DNA of 64,000 bases from Rickettsiales bacterium (GCA_033762715.1 JANRLL010000012.1:27113-91112); one strand, 5' to 3'. Positions 35,471 through 46,341 are shown, numbered from the stretch's first letter. The notes: a model not told the origin generated them from the sequence alone. Made by a program: numbers and translations.

Positions 35471-38400
35471 GCGGATGCTCCTGCGAGTGAATGGGACATT
35501 CGCCAGCCGTATGCAATTTATTACCCACCAGGTTACGAAGCCCTACATAAAATACCGGTGTCAAAAACAATCCGAAGAACGTCACACCTAACATACCTGA
35601 AAACACGGCAACACCCATGGCATGGCGCATTTCTGCCCCTGCGCCGGTCGACATTACCAGTGGCACCACCCCCATGATGAAGGCAAATGATGTCATCAAA
35701 ATTGGGCGAAGACGCATGCGTGTAGCTTCGATGGCGGCTTCTAGTGGCGTACTTCCTTGAATCTCTAATTCGCGCGCAAATTCGACGATCAAGATCGCAT
35801 TCTTACATGCAAGCCCCACCAACACCATCAGGCCGATCTGGGTAAAGATATTATTGTCGCCGTTGGTAAGCCAAACGCCAAAAATAGCACACAGCAAACA
35901 CATCGGAACGATAAGAATGACTGCAAGCGGTAGCGATAGGCTTTCATATTGCGCAGCCAACACCAAAAACACCAGCAATACGCAAAGCGGAAACACCAAG
36001 ATCGCCGTATTGCCGGCAAGAATCTGCTGATAGGAAAGTTCTGTCCATTCGTAACTAACGCCTTTGGGTATAGTTTGCTTAATGATTTGCTCGATGGCTG
36101 CTTGCGCTTCGCCAGTCGAATATCCCTTAGCGGGCCCGCTATTAATATCGGCGGTGCGATACGCATTGTAGCGCATAGCACGCTCCGGCCCATAGCTTTG
36201 CTTGACGGTAACAACGCTACCAAGCGGCACCATTTCACCGACGGCGTTGCGCACTTTCAGCTTGGTAATATCGTCTGCATGCGCTCGATACGGCATGTCA
36301 GCTTGGGCAATAACGCGGTAGGTGCGGCCAAATTTATTAAAGTCGTTGATATAGAGTGAGCCTAAGTAAATCTGCATCGTGTCAAAAATATCGGTGATCG
36401 CAATACCGAGCTGTTTGGCTTTGGTGCGGTCAATATCGACTTGCAATTGCGGCACATTGATCTGATAGCCGCTATAGGTTTGATGGGGATCGAGCTGTGG
36501 GATTTTACCGCTGTAAATCTGTCCTAATATTGCATCTTTTACGCCGGAGAATTCTTCTTCCGATAAATCGACACGATTTTGCAGCTGCAACTTAAACCCG
36601 CCCGATGTACCCAATCCCAAAATCGGCGGCGGCGGCAAGACCAACACGAACGCATCTTTAATCGCGCCAAACTGCATGTTGACCTTTTGCGCAATGGCAC
36701 TGGCCGATAACTCAGAAGAATTGCGCTCAGAAAAATCAGTGAGCGGCAGAAACACAATGCCGGCGCTTGAGCTGTTGGTAAAGCCATTGATGGAAAGACC
36801 TGGAAACGCCACCGCATGTGCGATGCCAGGGGTTTTCATGGTGATCTCCGACATTTGGCGGATCACTTTTTCGGTACGGTCAAGCGACGAGCCATCCGGC
36901 AATTGCGCAAAGCCAATCAGATATTGTTTATCTTGCGCGGGCACATAGCCTGTGGGCACTTTATAGAAAGCAAACGCCGTTAAGCAAACAAGCACAAGAT
37001 ACAAGGTAAAGGCTAATCGTTTGCGGCCCAACACACGGGTTACACGCCTGGAGTAATTATCAGAAGCCGAGCTAAAGAAACGATTGAACCAGGCAAAAAA
37101 TCGCCCAAAACGTGCATCCATCCAGCGCGTAAGCCAGTCTTTTGGTGCGTCGTGCGGCTTGAGCAGCAACGCGGCCATAGCCGGCGATAGGGTGAGCGAG
37201 TTGAAAGCAGAAATCACCGTGGAAATTGCAATGGTGAGCGCAAACTGGCGGTAAAATTGGCCGGTGAGACCGCTAATAAATGCGATGGGCACAAACACCG
37301 CAATCAAGCTCAGTGCGATCGCGATAATGGGTCCGCTTACTTCGCGCATGGCTTGGTACGTAGCATCACGCGGGCTTAAGCCCGCTTCAATATTACGCTC
37401 GACATTCTCCACCACCACGATTGCATCATCGACCACGATTCCGATCGCAAGTACCAGGCCAAACAGGGACAACGCGTTAATCGAAAAGCCCATCAACAGC
37501 AAAAAGGCAAAGGTACCAATAATCGATACCGGCACGGCAAGTAGTGGAATGATCGAAGCGCGCCATGTCTGTAGAAACAAGATTACCACCAGCACCACCA
37601 GCGCCACGGCTTCAAGCAAGGTATGGATTACCGCCTTGATAGAATCACGCACGAAGGAGGTCGGATCATAGACAATGCTGTAATCGACATCCTCGGGGAA
37701 ATCATGTTTGAGCTCTTCCATCAACGCACGCACATTGTCGGATATCTCAAGTGAATTGGAGCCAGGCATTTGGAAAATGCCCAGTGCGACCGCGGGCTTA
37801 TTATCCAGCAATGAGCGCAGCGCATATTGCGAGCCACCCAGCTCTATGCGCGCCACATCGCGCAAGCGCGTTACCGCACCCGTTTTATCGGTTTTGATAA
37901 TGATATTGCCGAATTCTTCTTCGGTTTGCAGGCGGCCTTGCGCATTGACGTTGAGTTGCAGCTCCACATCTTTGGCCGAAGGCGAAGCGCCGATCACACC
38001 GGCCGCCACCTGTACGTTCTGCTCACGGATAGCAGCAACAACCATGCTGGCACTCATGCCACGCGCAGCGATCTTATCGGGATCAAGCCATAGGCGCATC
38101 GAATAATCGCTACCGCCAAAAATCTCTACCTGGCCAATACCGGAAATACGCTGCAACCGGTCTTTGATATTAAGCGTGGCGTAGTTGCTCAGATACAGTG
38201 GATCATAACCACTTTTGGGCGAAAGGATATGCACCACCATGGTAAGATCCGACGAGCTTTTTACCGTGGTCACACCAAACTGGCGCACGATGTCGGGCAA
38301 GCGCGGCAAGGCCTGATTCACGCGGTTCTGCACCAGCTGCTGCGCCTTATCGGCATCGGTGCCAATCTTGAAGGTAATGGTCAGGTTCATTTGACCATCA

Positions 38401-38657
38401 GAGGTGCCTTGCGAGAACATATACAGCATGTTTTCCACGCCATTGATTTGCTCTTCGAGCGGCGCTGCCACGGTCTCTGCAATCACCTTTGGATTGGCTC
38501 CTGGATATTGCGCAATCACCTGCACCGAGGGCGGCACCACTTCGGGATATTCTGAAATCGGTAACTGCCAAATCGAAATGGCTCCACCGATAAAAATCAG
38601 TAGCGAAAGCACCGCAGCAAAAATAGGCCGGTCAATGAAGAAGCGAGAAATATTCAT
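35463..38657 (-). CDS. RND multidrug efflux permease (AcrB/MexB family)
   Basis: 1064 aa. The N-terminus is MNISRFFIDRPIFAAVLSL, with 12-TM topology and the VDDAIVVVENVER motif. Confidence 0.95.
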   Translation of the reverse strand: MNISRFFIDRPIFAAVLSLLIFIGGAISIWQLPISEYPEVVPPSVQVIAQYPGANPKVIAETVAAPLEEQINGVENMLYMFSQGTSDGQMNLTITFKIGTDADKAQQLVQNRVNQALPRLPDIVRQFGVTTVKSSSDLTMVVHILSPKSGYDPLYLSNYATLNIKDRLQRISGIGQVEIFGGSDYSMRLWLDPDKIAARGMSASMVVAAIREQNVQVAAGVIGASPSAKDVELQLNVNAQGRLQTEEEFGNIIIKTDKTGAVTRLRDVARIELGGSQYALRSLLDNKPAVALGIFQMPGSNSLEISDNVRALMEELKHDFPEDVDYSIVYDPTSFVRDSIKAVIHTLLEAVALVVLVVILFLQTWRASIIPLLAVPVSIIGTFAFLLLMGFSINALSLFGLVLAIGIVVDDAIVVVENVERNIEAGLSPRDATYQAMREVSGPIIAIALSLIAVFVPIAFISGLTGQFYRQFALTIAISTVISAFNSLTLSPAMAALLLKPHDAPKDWLTRWMDARFGRFFAWFNRFFSSASDNYSRRVTRVLGRKRLAFTLYLVLVCLTAFAFYKVPTGYVPAQDKQYLIGFAQLPDGSSLDRTEKVIRQMSEITMKTPGIAHAVAFPGLSINGFTNSSSAGIVFLPLTDFSERNSSELSASAIAQKVNMQFGAIKDAFVLVLPPPPILGLGTSGGFKLQLQNRVDLSEEEFSGVKDAILGQIYSGKIPQLDPHQTYSGYQINVPQLQVDIDRTKAKQLGIAITDIFDTMQIYLGSLYINDFNKFGRTYRVIAQADMPYRAHADDITKLKVRNAVGEMVPLGSVVTVKQSYGPERAMRYNAYRTADINSGPAKGYSTGEAQAAIEQIIKQTIPKGVSYEWTELSYQQILAGNTAILVFPLCVLLVFLVLAAQYESLSLPLAVILIVPMCLLCAIFGVWLTNGDNNIFTQIGLMVLVGLACKNAILIVEFARELEIQGSTPLEAAIEATRMRLRPILMTSFAFIMGVVPLVMSTGAGAEMRHAMGVAVFSGMLGVTFFGLFLTPVFYVGLRNLVGNKLHTAGECPIHSQEHPHA

Positions 38658-38659
38658 GA

Positions 38660-39826
38660 CTACTGCGTAACCTCAGCCTTCGGTTCCACTTCCTCTTTCG
38701 GCGTATTTGATAGGACATCAGCTGGTTTGTCCAATGGCGTACCGTCCATATGCATTGGCTCAGGCGTAACCGGCTGGCCTGGCATCATCACACGCTGCAA
38801 CCCGCTTACAACAATGCGCTCGCCTGGTTTGAGGCCTTCTTCTACAATGCGCAACCCATCAGCGGTATCACCGAGCTTGAGTTCGCGGCGCTCGGTTTTT
38901 CCATCGTCGCCTACCACAATGACGAATTTCTTGCTCTGATCGGTGCCAATCGCACGATCCGTCACCAAAATGGCGGAGCGGCTGGCAACGCTACCCATTT
39001 TAATGCGCGCAAACAAGCCAGGCACCAACGCGCCGTCTTCATTATCAAAAATGGCGCGCACACGTACCGTGCCTGAGCCAGTATTCAAACGGTTGTCGAA
39101 AGATTCGACATGGCCATCACGTTTCACATCATTAGCCAACCACAGCTCAACCGGCACTTCTTTCGGATCGGATGTGGTGGTAGCGCCTTCCTTGGCGTAA
39201 TCAATATAGGCGGCTTCGTCGATTTCAAAATCGGCGTAAATAGGGCTGCTAGATACAACCGAGGTCAGCACGGCTGCCCCTGCTTCCACTAAATTACCCA
39301 CCGTGATTTCCGCGCGGCCTACACGACCTTCAATCGGAGACATCACTTTGGTATAACCTAAATCCAGTTGCGCTTTGGTGAAATCTGCCTTGGCGACATC
39401 GTAATCATTTTTGCGCTGATCGAATTCGCGCTGCGAAATCGCTTTGCTTTCCAGCAAGGATTGCGCGCGGTCAAAATCGGCTTTGGCCAAATCATGGCGC
39501 GCTTTAGCAGAAAGCTGTGCGGCTTCAAAAGGTTTGGGATCGATGACAAAGAGCAAAGCGCCTTTTTTAACCAACGAACCGCTGGTAAAATGAATCGACT
39601 CAATGGTGCCCGATATGCGTGGACGAATATCAACTTGATCCACCGCCACCAAACGACCTGAGAATTCCTTCCATTGGCGCACATCGCGCTCAATGACTTC
39701 TGCCACGCCCACGGGCGGTGCACCACCAGCTGCCGAAGGGTCGCCCTGCCCGATAAAATGCCCGTAAGCATAATAAAGACCGCCGGCAATCGCCACAAAC
39801 ACAATCAATTTAGCGAAACGATTCAT
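38660..39826 (-). CDS. RND efflux periplasmic adaptor (membrane fusion protein)
   Basis: It has an AcrA/MexA-like lipoyl and hairpin pattern (RPRISGTI, YTKVMSPIEGRVGR). The ATG at 39826 is preceded by AAGGA 7 nt upstream. The ORF-track start at 39853 is less likely. Confidence 0.9.
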   Translation of the reverse strand: MNRFAKLIVFVAIAGGLYYAYGHFIGQGDPSAAGGAPPVGVAEVIERDVRQWKEFSGRLVAVDQVDIRPRISGTIESIHFTSGSLVKKGALLFVIDPKPFEAAQLSAKARHDLAKADFDRAQSLLESKAISQREFDQRKNDYDVAKADFTKAQLDLGYTKVMSPIEGRVGRAEITVGNLVEAGAAVLTSVVSSSPIYADFEIDEAAYIDYAKEGATTTSDPKEVPVELWLANDVKRDGHVESFDNRLNTGSGTVRVRAIFDNEDGALVPGLFARIKMGSVASRSAILVTDRAIGTDQSKKFVIVVGDDGKTERRELKLGDTADGLRIVEEGLKPGERIVVSGLQRVMMPGQPVTPEPMHMDGTPLDKPADVLSNTPKEEVEPKAEVTQ

Positions 39827-39841
39827 GAGGAATTCCTTTAT

Positions 39842-39857
39842 GTTCTTGAGCAAGAAC
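39842..39857. promoter_or_regulatory. Perfect inverted repeat GTTCTTG-AG-CAAGAAC in the 5' leader of the efflux operon
   Basis: The 7-bp arms lie at 39842-39848 and 39851-39857, 16 nt upstream of the proposed MFP start. It could be an operator or an mRNA hairpin. Confidence 0.3.
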
Positions 39858-39948
39858 GTAGGATATTTAACGAACGAGTCAAGCCACTCCTTGCTTGTTA
39901 TCTAGGGTTATAGTAACAAAATATATTTTGTATAGTAGGCAGTTTAAA

Positions 39949-39973
39949 TATACTCAGTATACAAATGTATACT
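39949..39973. promoter_or_regulatory. TATACT palindrome plus a third direct copy (candidate HxlR operator / -10 elements)
   Basis: TATACT-C-AGTATA lies at 39949-39961 and a third TATACT at 39968-39973. Both sit between the divergent efflux operon and the hxlR-like gene. Confidence 0.3.
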
Positions 39974-39985
39974 AATGGGGGTTTT

Positions 39986-40402
39986 ATGGGTAAAGCAGGC
40001 AAAAAATCGATCTGTGATGAAAGTTCACATAAGGATTGTCCCGTGTTTTTGACACTGAGCCTCATTGCAAATAAATGGTCAGTGCAGATTCTATATTATC
40101 TAATGCAGGCGAATAAAAGCACGCTGCGTTTTAGTGAATTGCAAAAGCAATTAAACGGCATCACCCAGCGCGAATTAACCAAGCATCTGCGCGAATTTGA
40201 AAAGACCGGTATTGTTACCCGCACTGTTTTCCCGCAAATCCCGCCGCGCGTTGAATATACGCTAAGCGATATGGGGCATTCGCTCTTTATACCGATCAAA
40301 GCACTGGCGCAATGGGCGGAAAAGCATGGTCCTACCATTCAGAAGAAGCGTGAAGATTTTGAACGCAGGGCAGCAAAGAAATCAGGGAAGCAAGCCGCCT
40401 AG
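39986..40402 (+). CDS. HxlR-family transcriptional regulator
   Basis: It has CPVFLTLSLIANKWSVQILYYL, LRFSELQKQLNGITQRELTKHLREFEKTGIV and PPRVEYTLSDMG. I chose the start at ATG 39986. The ATG at 39965 is possible but lacks an RBS. Confidence 0.8.
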   Translation: MGKAGKKSICDESSHKDCPVFLTLSLIANKWSVQILYYLMQANKSTLRFSELQKQLNGITQRELTKHLREFEKTGIVTRTVFPQIPPRVEYTLSDMGHSLFIPIKALAQWAEKHGPTIQKKREDFERRAAKKSGKQAA

Positions 40403-40738
40403 CGCCCTACCGCCTACAATATGCACGTGGAAATGAAACACGCTTTGTCCAGCTTGCTCTTTATGATTAGTAATAAGCCGGTAGCCGCTTTTATCCACGC
40501 CTAGTTTTTCAGCCACTTTGCGCACTGATTGCCAGAAATAGGTCATATAATCTGCTGGCGCGTTCGCAGCAAAATCATCAAATGAGACATATTCCCGTTT
40601 TGGGATCACTAGCACATGCACCGGTGCGGCGGGCGATATATCGTGGAAGGCGAGCACATAATCGTCTTCATAGACAGTATTGGATGGAATTTCGCGGCGC
40701 AGTATTTTGGCAAAGATATTATTCGTATCGTACGTCAT
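40382..40738 (-). CDS. HIT-family (histidine triad) protein
   Basis: 118 aa with CIF-type N-terminus NIFAKILRREIP and the triad HFHVHIVGG. Confidence 0.9.
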   Translation of the reverse strand: MTYDTNNIFAKILRREIPSNTVYEDDYVLAFHDISPAAPVHVLVIPKREYVSFDDFAANAPADYMTYFWQSVRKVAEKLGVDKSGYRLITNHKEQAGQSVFHFHVHIVGGRALGGLLP

Positions 40739-40767
40739 AAGTGCCTCCAGAAAAAGGGCCGGCCTAT

Positions 40768-41349
40768 TTATACTATCTTGCAGAAATCCGAAAAATCAGG
40801 GCGTGGAGAGCGCGGATGCAGTTTGCTCGCATCGCCATATCCTAAGTTGCATAAGAAATTGGATTTGATGGTGGTGCCGGCAAAAAAGGCCGCATCCAAT
40901 TTCGCATTATCAAAGCCAGACATCGGACCGCAATCCAGGCCCACGGCGCGTGCCGCCAGCATGAAATACCCGCCTTGCAGCGATGCGTTGCGGAAAGCCG
41001 TAGATTCGATCAAGGCTTGATTGCCCACAAACCAGCTGCGCGCGTCGGTGTGCGGAAAGAGTTTCGGCAACTGCTCATAAAACGCCATATCCTGCGCAAT
41101 GATCGCAGTCACTGGCGCCTTCATGGTTTTATCAACATTGCCGGCAGCCAAGGCTGGCTTTAGCTTTTCTTTAGCTTCTTTGGATTTTACAAACACGATA
41201 CGCATCGGTTGGCAATTAGCCGAGGTGGGCCCCATTTTAGCCAAGTCATAGGCTTGCTTGAGCAGCGCATCATCCACCGGCTTATCCAGCCAGTCGCTAT
41301 GGGTGCGGGCATTACGAAACAAAAGATCCAATGTTTTTTCGTCTGCCAT
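40768..41349 (-). CDS. rutE: Malonic semialdehyde reductase RutE-like nitroreductase-family protein
   Basis: 193 aa, closely colinear with E. coli RutE as I recall it ([62 protein letters not shown]). It is not in a rut operon here. Confidence 0.8.
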   Translation of the reverse strand: MADEKTLDLLFRNARTHSDWLDKPVDDALLKQAYDLAKMGPTSANCQPMRIVFVKSKEAKEKLKPALAAGNVDKTMKAPVTAIIAQDMAFYEQLPKLFPHTDARSWFVGNQALIESTAFRNASLQGGYFMLAARAVGLDCGPMSGFDNAKLDAAFFAGTTIKSNFLCNLGYGDASKLHPRSPRPDFSDFCKIV

Positions 41350-41351
41350 AA

Positions 41352-41690
41352 CTATTCCTCTTCTTTTTCTTTGAGTTTGCGCGCGGCTTTTTCATCCAAT
41401 CCGGAAATACCCACGCGACGCGTCAGCTCATCTGCCACTTCAGCGGGGCTAATGCCGGCATCGGCCATCAGCAGCAACCAGTGAAACAGCATATCGGCGC
41501 TTTCATTGATCGTTTCCTGGCGGTCCTTGCTCATGGCGGCAATGATGGTTTCTACCGACTCTTCGCCAAATTTCTGAGCAATTTTGGGCGTGCCTTGTTT
41601 TAGGCGTTTAGCGACATACGACTTGTCGGTATTAGCACCACGCCGCTCATTAATCACCGTATAGAGATGGTCGAAAATATCTTGGGTCAT
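41352..41690 (-). CDS. hisE: Phosphoribosyl-ATP diphosphatase
   Basis: 112 aa with [22 protein letters not shown] and [14 protein letters not shown]. Confidence 0.9.
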   Translation of the reverse strand: MTQDIFDHLYTVINERRGANTDKSYVAKRLKQGTPKIAQKFGEESVETIIAAMSKDRQETINESADMLFHWLLLMADAGISPAEVADELTRRVGISGLDEKAARKLKEKEEE

Positions 41691-41692
41691 AG

Positions 41693-42451
41693 CTATAGCC
41701 TTACCGGAAGCTGCGCTGCTTTTAAAGCCTCTTTTACCTGCGCGATGGTAAATGTGCCAAAATGGAAGATGGAGGCGGCAAGCACCGCGTCGGCTTTGCC
41801 TTGGCGGACGGCCTCGACCGCATGCTCCAGCGTACCGATACCGCCGGAGGCGATCACCGGAATGGTCACGGCTTCCGATACAGCACGCGTTAGCTCAATA
41901 TTGACGCCTTGCTGGGTGCCATCACGGTCCATCGAGGTAAGTAAAATTTCGCCGGCGCCGAGTGAAGCCATTTTTTGTGCCCAGGCTACCGCATCAATGC
42001 CGGTTGCGTTGCGGCCACCATGCGTAAAAATCTCAAATTTTCCAGGTGCGGTTTGCTTGGCATCAATCGCCACTACAATACATTGCGAACCAAATTTTTG
42101 CGCCGCCTCACCCACAAACTCAGGGCGCTTCACCGCTTCGGTATTAATTGATACTTTATCAGCGCCTGCCAATAATAAGTTGCGGATGTCATCTAATGTG
42201 CGCACGCCGCCGCCTACAGTTAGCGGCATAAAACACTGTTCGGCCACGCGCGAGACCACATCATAGAGAATAGAGCGGTTATCGCTTGAGGCGGTAATAT
42301 CAAGAAAGCACAGCTCATCGGCGCCTTGTGCGTCATAGACTTTCGCTTGCTCCACCGGATCACCGGCATCGCGCAGTTCAACAAAATTGACGCCCTTGAC
42401 CACGCGGCCATCCTTCACGTCTAAACAGGGGATAATGCGGGTTTTCAGCAT
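41693..42451 (-). CDS. hisF: Imidazole glycerol phosphate synthase cyclase subunit
   Basis: 252 aa with [41 protein letters not shown] and IASGGIG. Confidence 0.95.
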   Translation of the reverse strand: MLKTRIIPCLDVKDGRVVKGVNFVELRDAGDPVEQAKVYDAQGADELCFLDITASSDNRSILYDVVSRVAEQCFMPLTVGGGVRTLDDIRNLLLAGADKVSINTEAVKRPEFVGEAAQKFGSQCIVVAIDAKQTAPGKFEIFTHGGRNATGIDAVAWAQKMASLGAGEILLTSMDRDGTQQGVNIELTRAVSEAVTIPVIASGGIGTLEHAVEAVRQGKADAVLAASIFHFGTFTIAQVKEALKAAQLPVRL

Positions 42452-43119
42452 TAGATAAAACTCAAAGCACAGAGTTGGCTATAAAAAGACTGACGTGTCT
42501 TTTCATCTTCTTCGACATACGTATCCATCAATATTTGATAGGCTGCGCGTAATTTTTTATCAGAACTAACCACAAGGCTTGCCATCGGGTCAAAGCGTTG
42601 AGATGGATTATTCACTAGAATATCGAAATATTCTTTTTCCTCATACACCGCATGCAGAATGAGCAGATGCAGTTTTTCCAAATGCGCAGGAAAAGCAAGT
42701 GTATCGATACGGCGCAAAATTTCACCGTGATTGCGCACAATGGATTTACGCATGGCCGGATTATTGAGATTATTCAGCAAACTCACTCGCTCAACTACGC
42801 CAATATTAATCAGGTCAAAAAGGGATTTAATATAGTTGGCGTCCCCTTTAGACATTTTAGTGGCAGCCGGTACAAAAGGGGTAAATTGCACGCCTGTTGC
42901 TTTATAGGCCGCTTCCACCGTCATATGTTGGGCAATAGATTTGGGTGCGGTATGCTCAATTCTCAGCTTACGCAAAGTCTCAAGCGTATATTCTTCGATC
43001 CTAGGCTGTTGCTGTTGAGACCACGCCACCGCTACGATAAGCAGCATTAATCCACCCAGCATAACCGGCAAGCGATTCCAATCTATGGCAACGGCAAAGC
43101 TACGCGCACGCGGCTTCAC
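42451..43119 (-). CDS. Membrane-anchored hypothetical protein inserted in the his operon
   Basis: GTG start at 43119 in a GTGA overlap with the stop of the upstream small gene, and TAATG overlap with the hisF start. It has one N-terminal TM segment ([14 protein letters not shown]). I recognise no family. Confidence 0.5.
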   Translation of the reverse strand: MKPRARSFAVAIDWNRLPVMLGGLMLLIVAVAWSQQQQPRIEEYTLETLRKLRIEHTAPKSIAQHMTVEAAYKATGVQFTPFVPAATKMSKGDANYIKSLFDLINIGVVERVSLLNNLNNPAMRKSIVRNHGEILRRIDTLAFPAHLEKLHLLILHAVYEEKEYFDILVNNPSQRFDPMASLVVSSDKKLRAAYQILMDTYVEEDEKTRQSFYSQLCALSFI

Positions 43120-43376
43120 AATTGTCCATCCTTTTTGCGGCCGCGATAAAGCGACCAGACGGCCACCACACCGATGAAAAACCACACCACATTCACCAAC
43201 ACCGAAGCGCCTGCGTCTTTATAATAGGCATAGGTCGCTAAAAACAATGCGCCGATGATATTCACTGCCTGATAACTATAGCTATCGCTGGTGAGTTTTT
43301 TAAAGGAGATCAGAAAATAGCCCGCCAACACCAGCACCGCCCCTACCCATCCGATAATATCGATCCACAGACTCAT
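43116..43376 (-). CDS. Small 3-TM membrane protein (unknown family) inserted in the his operon
   Basis: 86 aa with three hydrophobic segments. There is a 4-nt overlap with the hisA stop and translational coupling downstream. Confidence 0.55.
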   Translation of the reverse strand: MSLWIDIIGWVGAVLVLAGYFLISFKKLTSDSYSYQAVNIIGALFLATYAYYKDAGASVLVNVVWFFIGVVAVWSLYRGRKKDGQL

Positions 43377-44089
43377 AAGCCAAGCGCCTCCTTAGGGGTA
43401 ATGGCACCATCATAGAGCGCGCGGCCAATAATCACGCCTTCAATACCTTTAATTTCATGCTCTTTATAGGCTTTGATATCAGCCACCGAACTAATGCCGC
43501 CGGAGGCAATCACCGGAATGGTAATATCTTCGGCAAGCTTCACGGTTTCTTCAATATTGGGCCCCTGCATGGCGCCATCGCGGCTGATATCGGTATAGAT
43601 AATCGCGCACACGCCGGCATCTTCAAAACGCTTAGCCAAATCAATTGCCGATTGATCCGACACCTCTGCCCAGCCCTCCACCGCCACCTTGCCAGCTTTT
43701 GCATCAACCCCCACTGCGATTTGCCCAGGAAATAAACGGCAGGCTTCTTTAACCAACAGCGGATTGCGCAGCGCAATCGTGCCCAAAATTACACGTGAAA
43801 TACCGGCTTCCAGCCAACGCGCGATCAGATCCATATTGCGAATGCCGCCGCCCAATTGCACCGGCATAGTCACGCGAGAGAGAATCGATTTAACCGCCGC
43901 TTCATTCACCGGCTTGCCTTCAAATGCGCCATTTAAATCCACCACATGCAGCCATTCAAATCCAGCCTGCTCAAACTGTTCTGCCTGTTCGGCGGGACTC
44001 TTTGCAAACACCGTGGCTTTATCCATCTCGCCGCGCAATAAGCGCACGCATTGTCCGTCTTTTAAATCAATTGCAGGATAGAGAATCAT
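43373..44089 (-). CDS. hisA: 1-(5-phosphoribosyl)-5-[(5-phosphoribosylamino)methylideneamino]imidazole-4-carboxamide isomerase
   Basis: 238 aa with [31 protein letters not shown] and IASGGIS. Confidence 0.95.
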   Translation of the reverse strand: MILYPAIDLKDGQCVRLLRGEMDKATVFAKSPAEQAEQFEQAGFEWLHVVDLNGAFEGKPVNEAAVKSILSRVTMPVQLGGGIRNMDLIARWLEAGISRVILGTIALRNPLLVKEACRLFPGQIAVGVDAKAGKVAVEGWAEVSDQSAIDLAKRFEDAGVCAIIYTDISRDGAMQGPNIEETVKLAEDITIPVIASGGISSVADIKAYKEHEIKGIEGVIIGRALYDGAITPKEALGL

Positions 44090-44622
44090 ATCAAAGTACT
44101 AATAGGCTCCAGGTTTTTATAATAAAAGCGTCCGCCAATCATCTGCGCGTTCACAAATTCATAGTAAGGCAGCTCACCCCAACAAATATAACCGCATTCT
44201 TCGTAGATACGAATCGCACGCTCTTGCGTTTGCCGCACACTTAGGCGCAAAACAGAAAAGCCTTGCGACCGCGCTTCACGCTCTGCTGCTTCAAGCAACA
44301 TTTTCGCCAACCCATGCCCGCGCGCCCAAGGTGCAACAAAATGCGCTTCCAGCGCGACGCAAAACGACGAGGTTTCTTTACTGGGACCTGGTTTGAGCAA
44401 CTGTACACTGCCAGCCAATACGCCATCTAAGCGCGCAGCAAATAGCACGCGGTCCGGCACTACCAGCACGCCTTTCCAATAGGTCTCCAGCAAATCTTTG
44501 CCTGGCGGCACCACCCAGTTAAAGCCGATACCATCGCGAATAGCATCCTCGGTGGCCTGGACCAATTCTGTTAAATCGGCATGGCGAAATTCACTTAATC
44601 GTTCAACGCGCGCGCCACTCAT
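44086..44622 (-). CDS. GNAT-family N-acetyltransferase
   Basis: 178 aa. It has the acetyl-CoA motif [26 protein letters not shown]. It overlaps hisH and hisA by 4 nt each. Confidence 0.8.
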   Translation of the reverse strand: MSGARVERLSEFRHADLTELVQATEDAIRDGIGFNWVVPPGKDLLETYWKGVLVVPDRVLFAARLDGVLAGSVQLLKPGPSKETSSFCVALEAHFVAPWARGHGLAKMLLEAAEREARSQGFSVLRLSVRQTQERAIRIYEECGYICWGELPYYEFVNAQMIGGRFYYKNLEPISTLI

Positions 44623-45242
44623 GCAGCAATACCCACAAAATTTTTCAACAAGGCCAGTCCCGTTGCCTGACTTTTTTCCGGATGGAACTGTGTACCGATA
44701 ATATTGCCTCGCGCAACGATGGCGGTAATCTCCTGACCATAATCCACCGTAGCCAGCACATCGGCGCGGTCACATCCCACCGCATGATAGCTATGGACAA
44801 AATACGCATGCGCGCCTTCTTGAATGCCCTTCAGCAGCGGGTGATCATGTTTTATGGCCAGTGTGTTCCAGCCCATATGCGGAATTTTATGCGGCTGCTG
44901 CGGAAGCGCCACTACTTCGCCAATGAGCCAGCCCAACCCGTCATGCAGCCCATGCTCATGCCCTTTCTGAAATAGCATTTGCATGCCCACGCAAATACCC
45001 AGGAATGGTTTTTTATGCTCAAGCACCTGCTCTTCCAACGCATCGATCATACCGGTAATTTGTTTGAGGCCACGCATGCAATCAGCAAAAGCGCCTACAC
45101 CTGGCAACACGATGTGGCTCGCATTTTTTAGCGCGGCTGGATCATTCGTGACGACCACCTGCTTGCCTGCTGCTATGCGCTCAAAGGCCTTGGCGACCGA
45201 ACGCAAATTACCGGAGCCATAATCAATAATCGCTACACTCAT
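44619..45242 (-). CDS. hisH: Imidazole glycerol phosphate synthase glutaminase subunit
   Basis: 207 aa with IIDYGSGNLRSV, LPGVGAF, GICVGMQ and FHPEKS. Confidence 0.95.
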   Translation of the reverse strand: MSVAIIDYGSGNLRSVAKAFERIAAGKQVVVTNDPAALKNASHIVLPGVGAFADCMRGLKQITGMIDALEEQVLEHKKPFLGICVGMQMLFQKGHEHGLHDGLGWLIGEVVALPQQPHKIPHMGWNTLAIKHDHPLLKGIQEGAHAYFVHSYHAVGCDRADVLATVDYGQEITAIVARGNIIGTQFHPEKSQATGLALLKNFVGIAA

Positions 45243-45634
45243 CCGGCCTTCGCTATATAGCGTTCAAAATAGCGCTGCTCTGCGCGCAGCAAATTATCGG
45301 CAACCGAGACATCGGCAACAATATAACCTTTGCGAGTCAGCTTGGCGCGGATCCAATCATTGGCTTGCAGCCCGACAAAAACCTGAATAGCAAATTGTAT
45401 AATACCCGCCGAAGCCATGCCGAGCATATGCTGTTTTACCAGCGCGCTTAATAATGCGTAGGTCAATACCAGCAGAATCGTCTGCAACCATAAGCGTTGA
45501 TAGAGCGCCCACAAGCCGGTGAATATGAAGCCGTATAGATTAAAGCCTTCCAGCACAAAAATCGGCTTTTCAGCCGCATGCGGAATGGAGGGCTTCACAT
45601 GCACAGTATAGATGCGTGTGCGGTTAAAGAACAT
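45239..45634 (-). CDS. DUF2628 membrane protein (conserved alphaproteobacterial his-operon member)
   Basis: The ATG at 45634 follows the hisB stop (TAGCATG). FVLEGFNLYGFIFTGLWALYQRLW and GYIVADVSVADNLLRAEQRYFER fit DUF2628. The longer ORF-track version overlaps hisB. Confidence 0.65.
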   Translation of the reverse strand: MFFNRTRIYTVHVKPSIPHAAEKPIFVLEGFNLYGFIFTGLWALYQRLWLQTILLVLTYALLSALVKQHMLGMASAGIIQFAIQVFVGLQANDWIRAKLTRKGYIVADVSVADNLLRAEQRYFERYIAKAG

Positions 45635-45635
45635 G

Positions 45636-46235
45636 CTAGAGGCTGCCTCCCAGCGTTCCTTTGGTAGATGGTATCGCATCACTCTTGCGCGGATCAATGC
45701 TGGTTGCCACGCGCAAACTGCGCGCCAAACCTTTATAGCAAGATTCGATGATATGGTGGTTGTTGATGCCGTAAAGATTTTCGACATGCAAGGTCGCACC
45801 CGCCGCAAAGGCAAAGGCCTGGAACCATTCGCGGAATAATTCCGTATCCATCTCGCCTAGTTTCGGTTTGGTGAAATCCACTTTCCAAATAAAATAGGGA
45901 CGGCCCGACAAATCAATCGCCACGCGCGACAAGGTTTCGTCCATCGGAATATAGGCATGCGCATAGCGCGTGATGCCTTTGCGTTCACCCAGCGCTTTGG
46001 CAATGGCCTCGCCAATGGCAATGCCGGTATCTTCGGTGGTGTGGTGCGCGTCGATATGCAAATCGCCTTTGGCCGATACGTTCAAATCGATCAAGCTGTG
46101 ACGCGATAATTGCTCCAGCATATGATCCAAAAATCCAACGCCGGTCGAGACGGTATATTGACCGGTCCCATCGAGATTCACCTCGACCGTAATTTGGGTT
46201 TCATTGGTTTTGCGCGTGACCGTTGCTTTACGCAT
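45636..46235 (-). CDS. hisB: Imidazoleglycerol-phosphate dehydratase
   Basis: 199 aa with [27 protein letters not shown] and HHIIES. Confidence 0.95.
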   Translation of the reverse strand: MRKATVTRKTNETQITVEVNLDGTGQYTVSTGVGFLDHMLEQLSRHSLIDLNVSAKGDLHIDAHHTTEDTGIAIGEAIAKALGERKGITRYAHAYIPMDETLSRVAIDLSGRPYFIWKVDFTKPKLGEMDTELFREWFQAFAFAAGATLHVENLYGINNHHIIESCYKGLARSLRVATSIDPRKSDAIPSTKGTLGGSL

Positions 46236-46341
46236 GGCGTTATCCTTATAAATGCTTCTAGATGCTTAGTTTTTAGCAGAAAATCCGCCCTTGACAAGCC
46301 ATCCCTTGAAAACATCGGGCAAAAGCACCATCTTACTTACT

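Noticed and set aside
43120-43185. The N-terminal extension of the his-operon hypothetical ORF, overlapping the 86-aa gene by 70 nt.
   Set aside because: The GTG at 43119 forms a GTGA stop/start overlap with the upstream gene, which is the more typical coupled arrangement.
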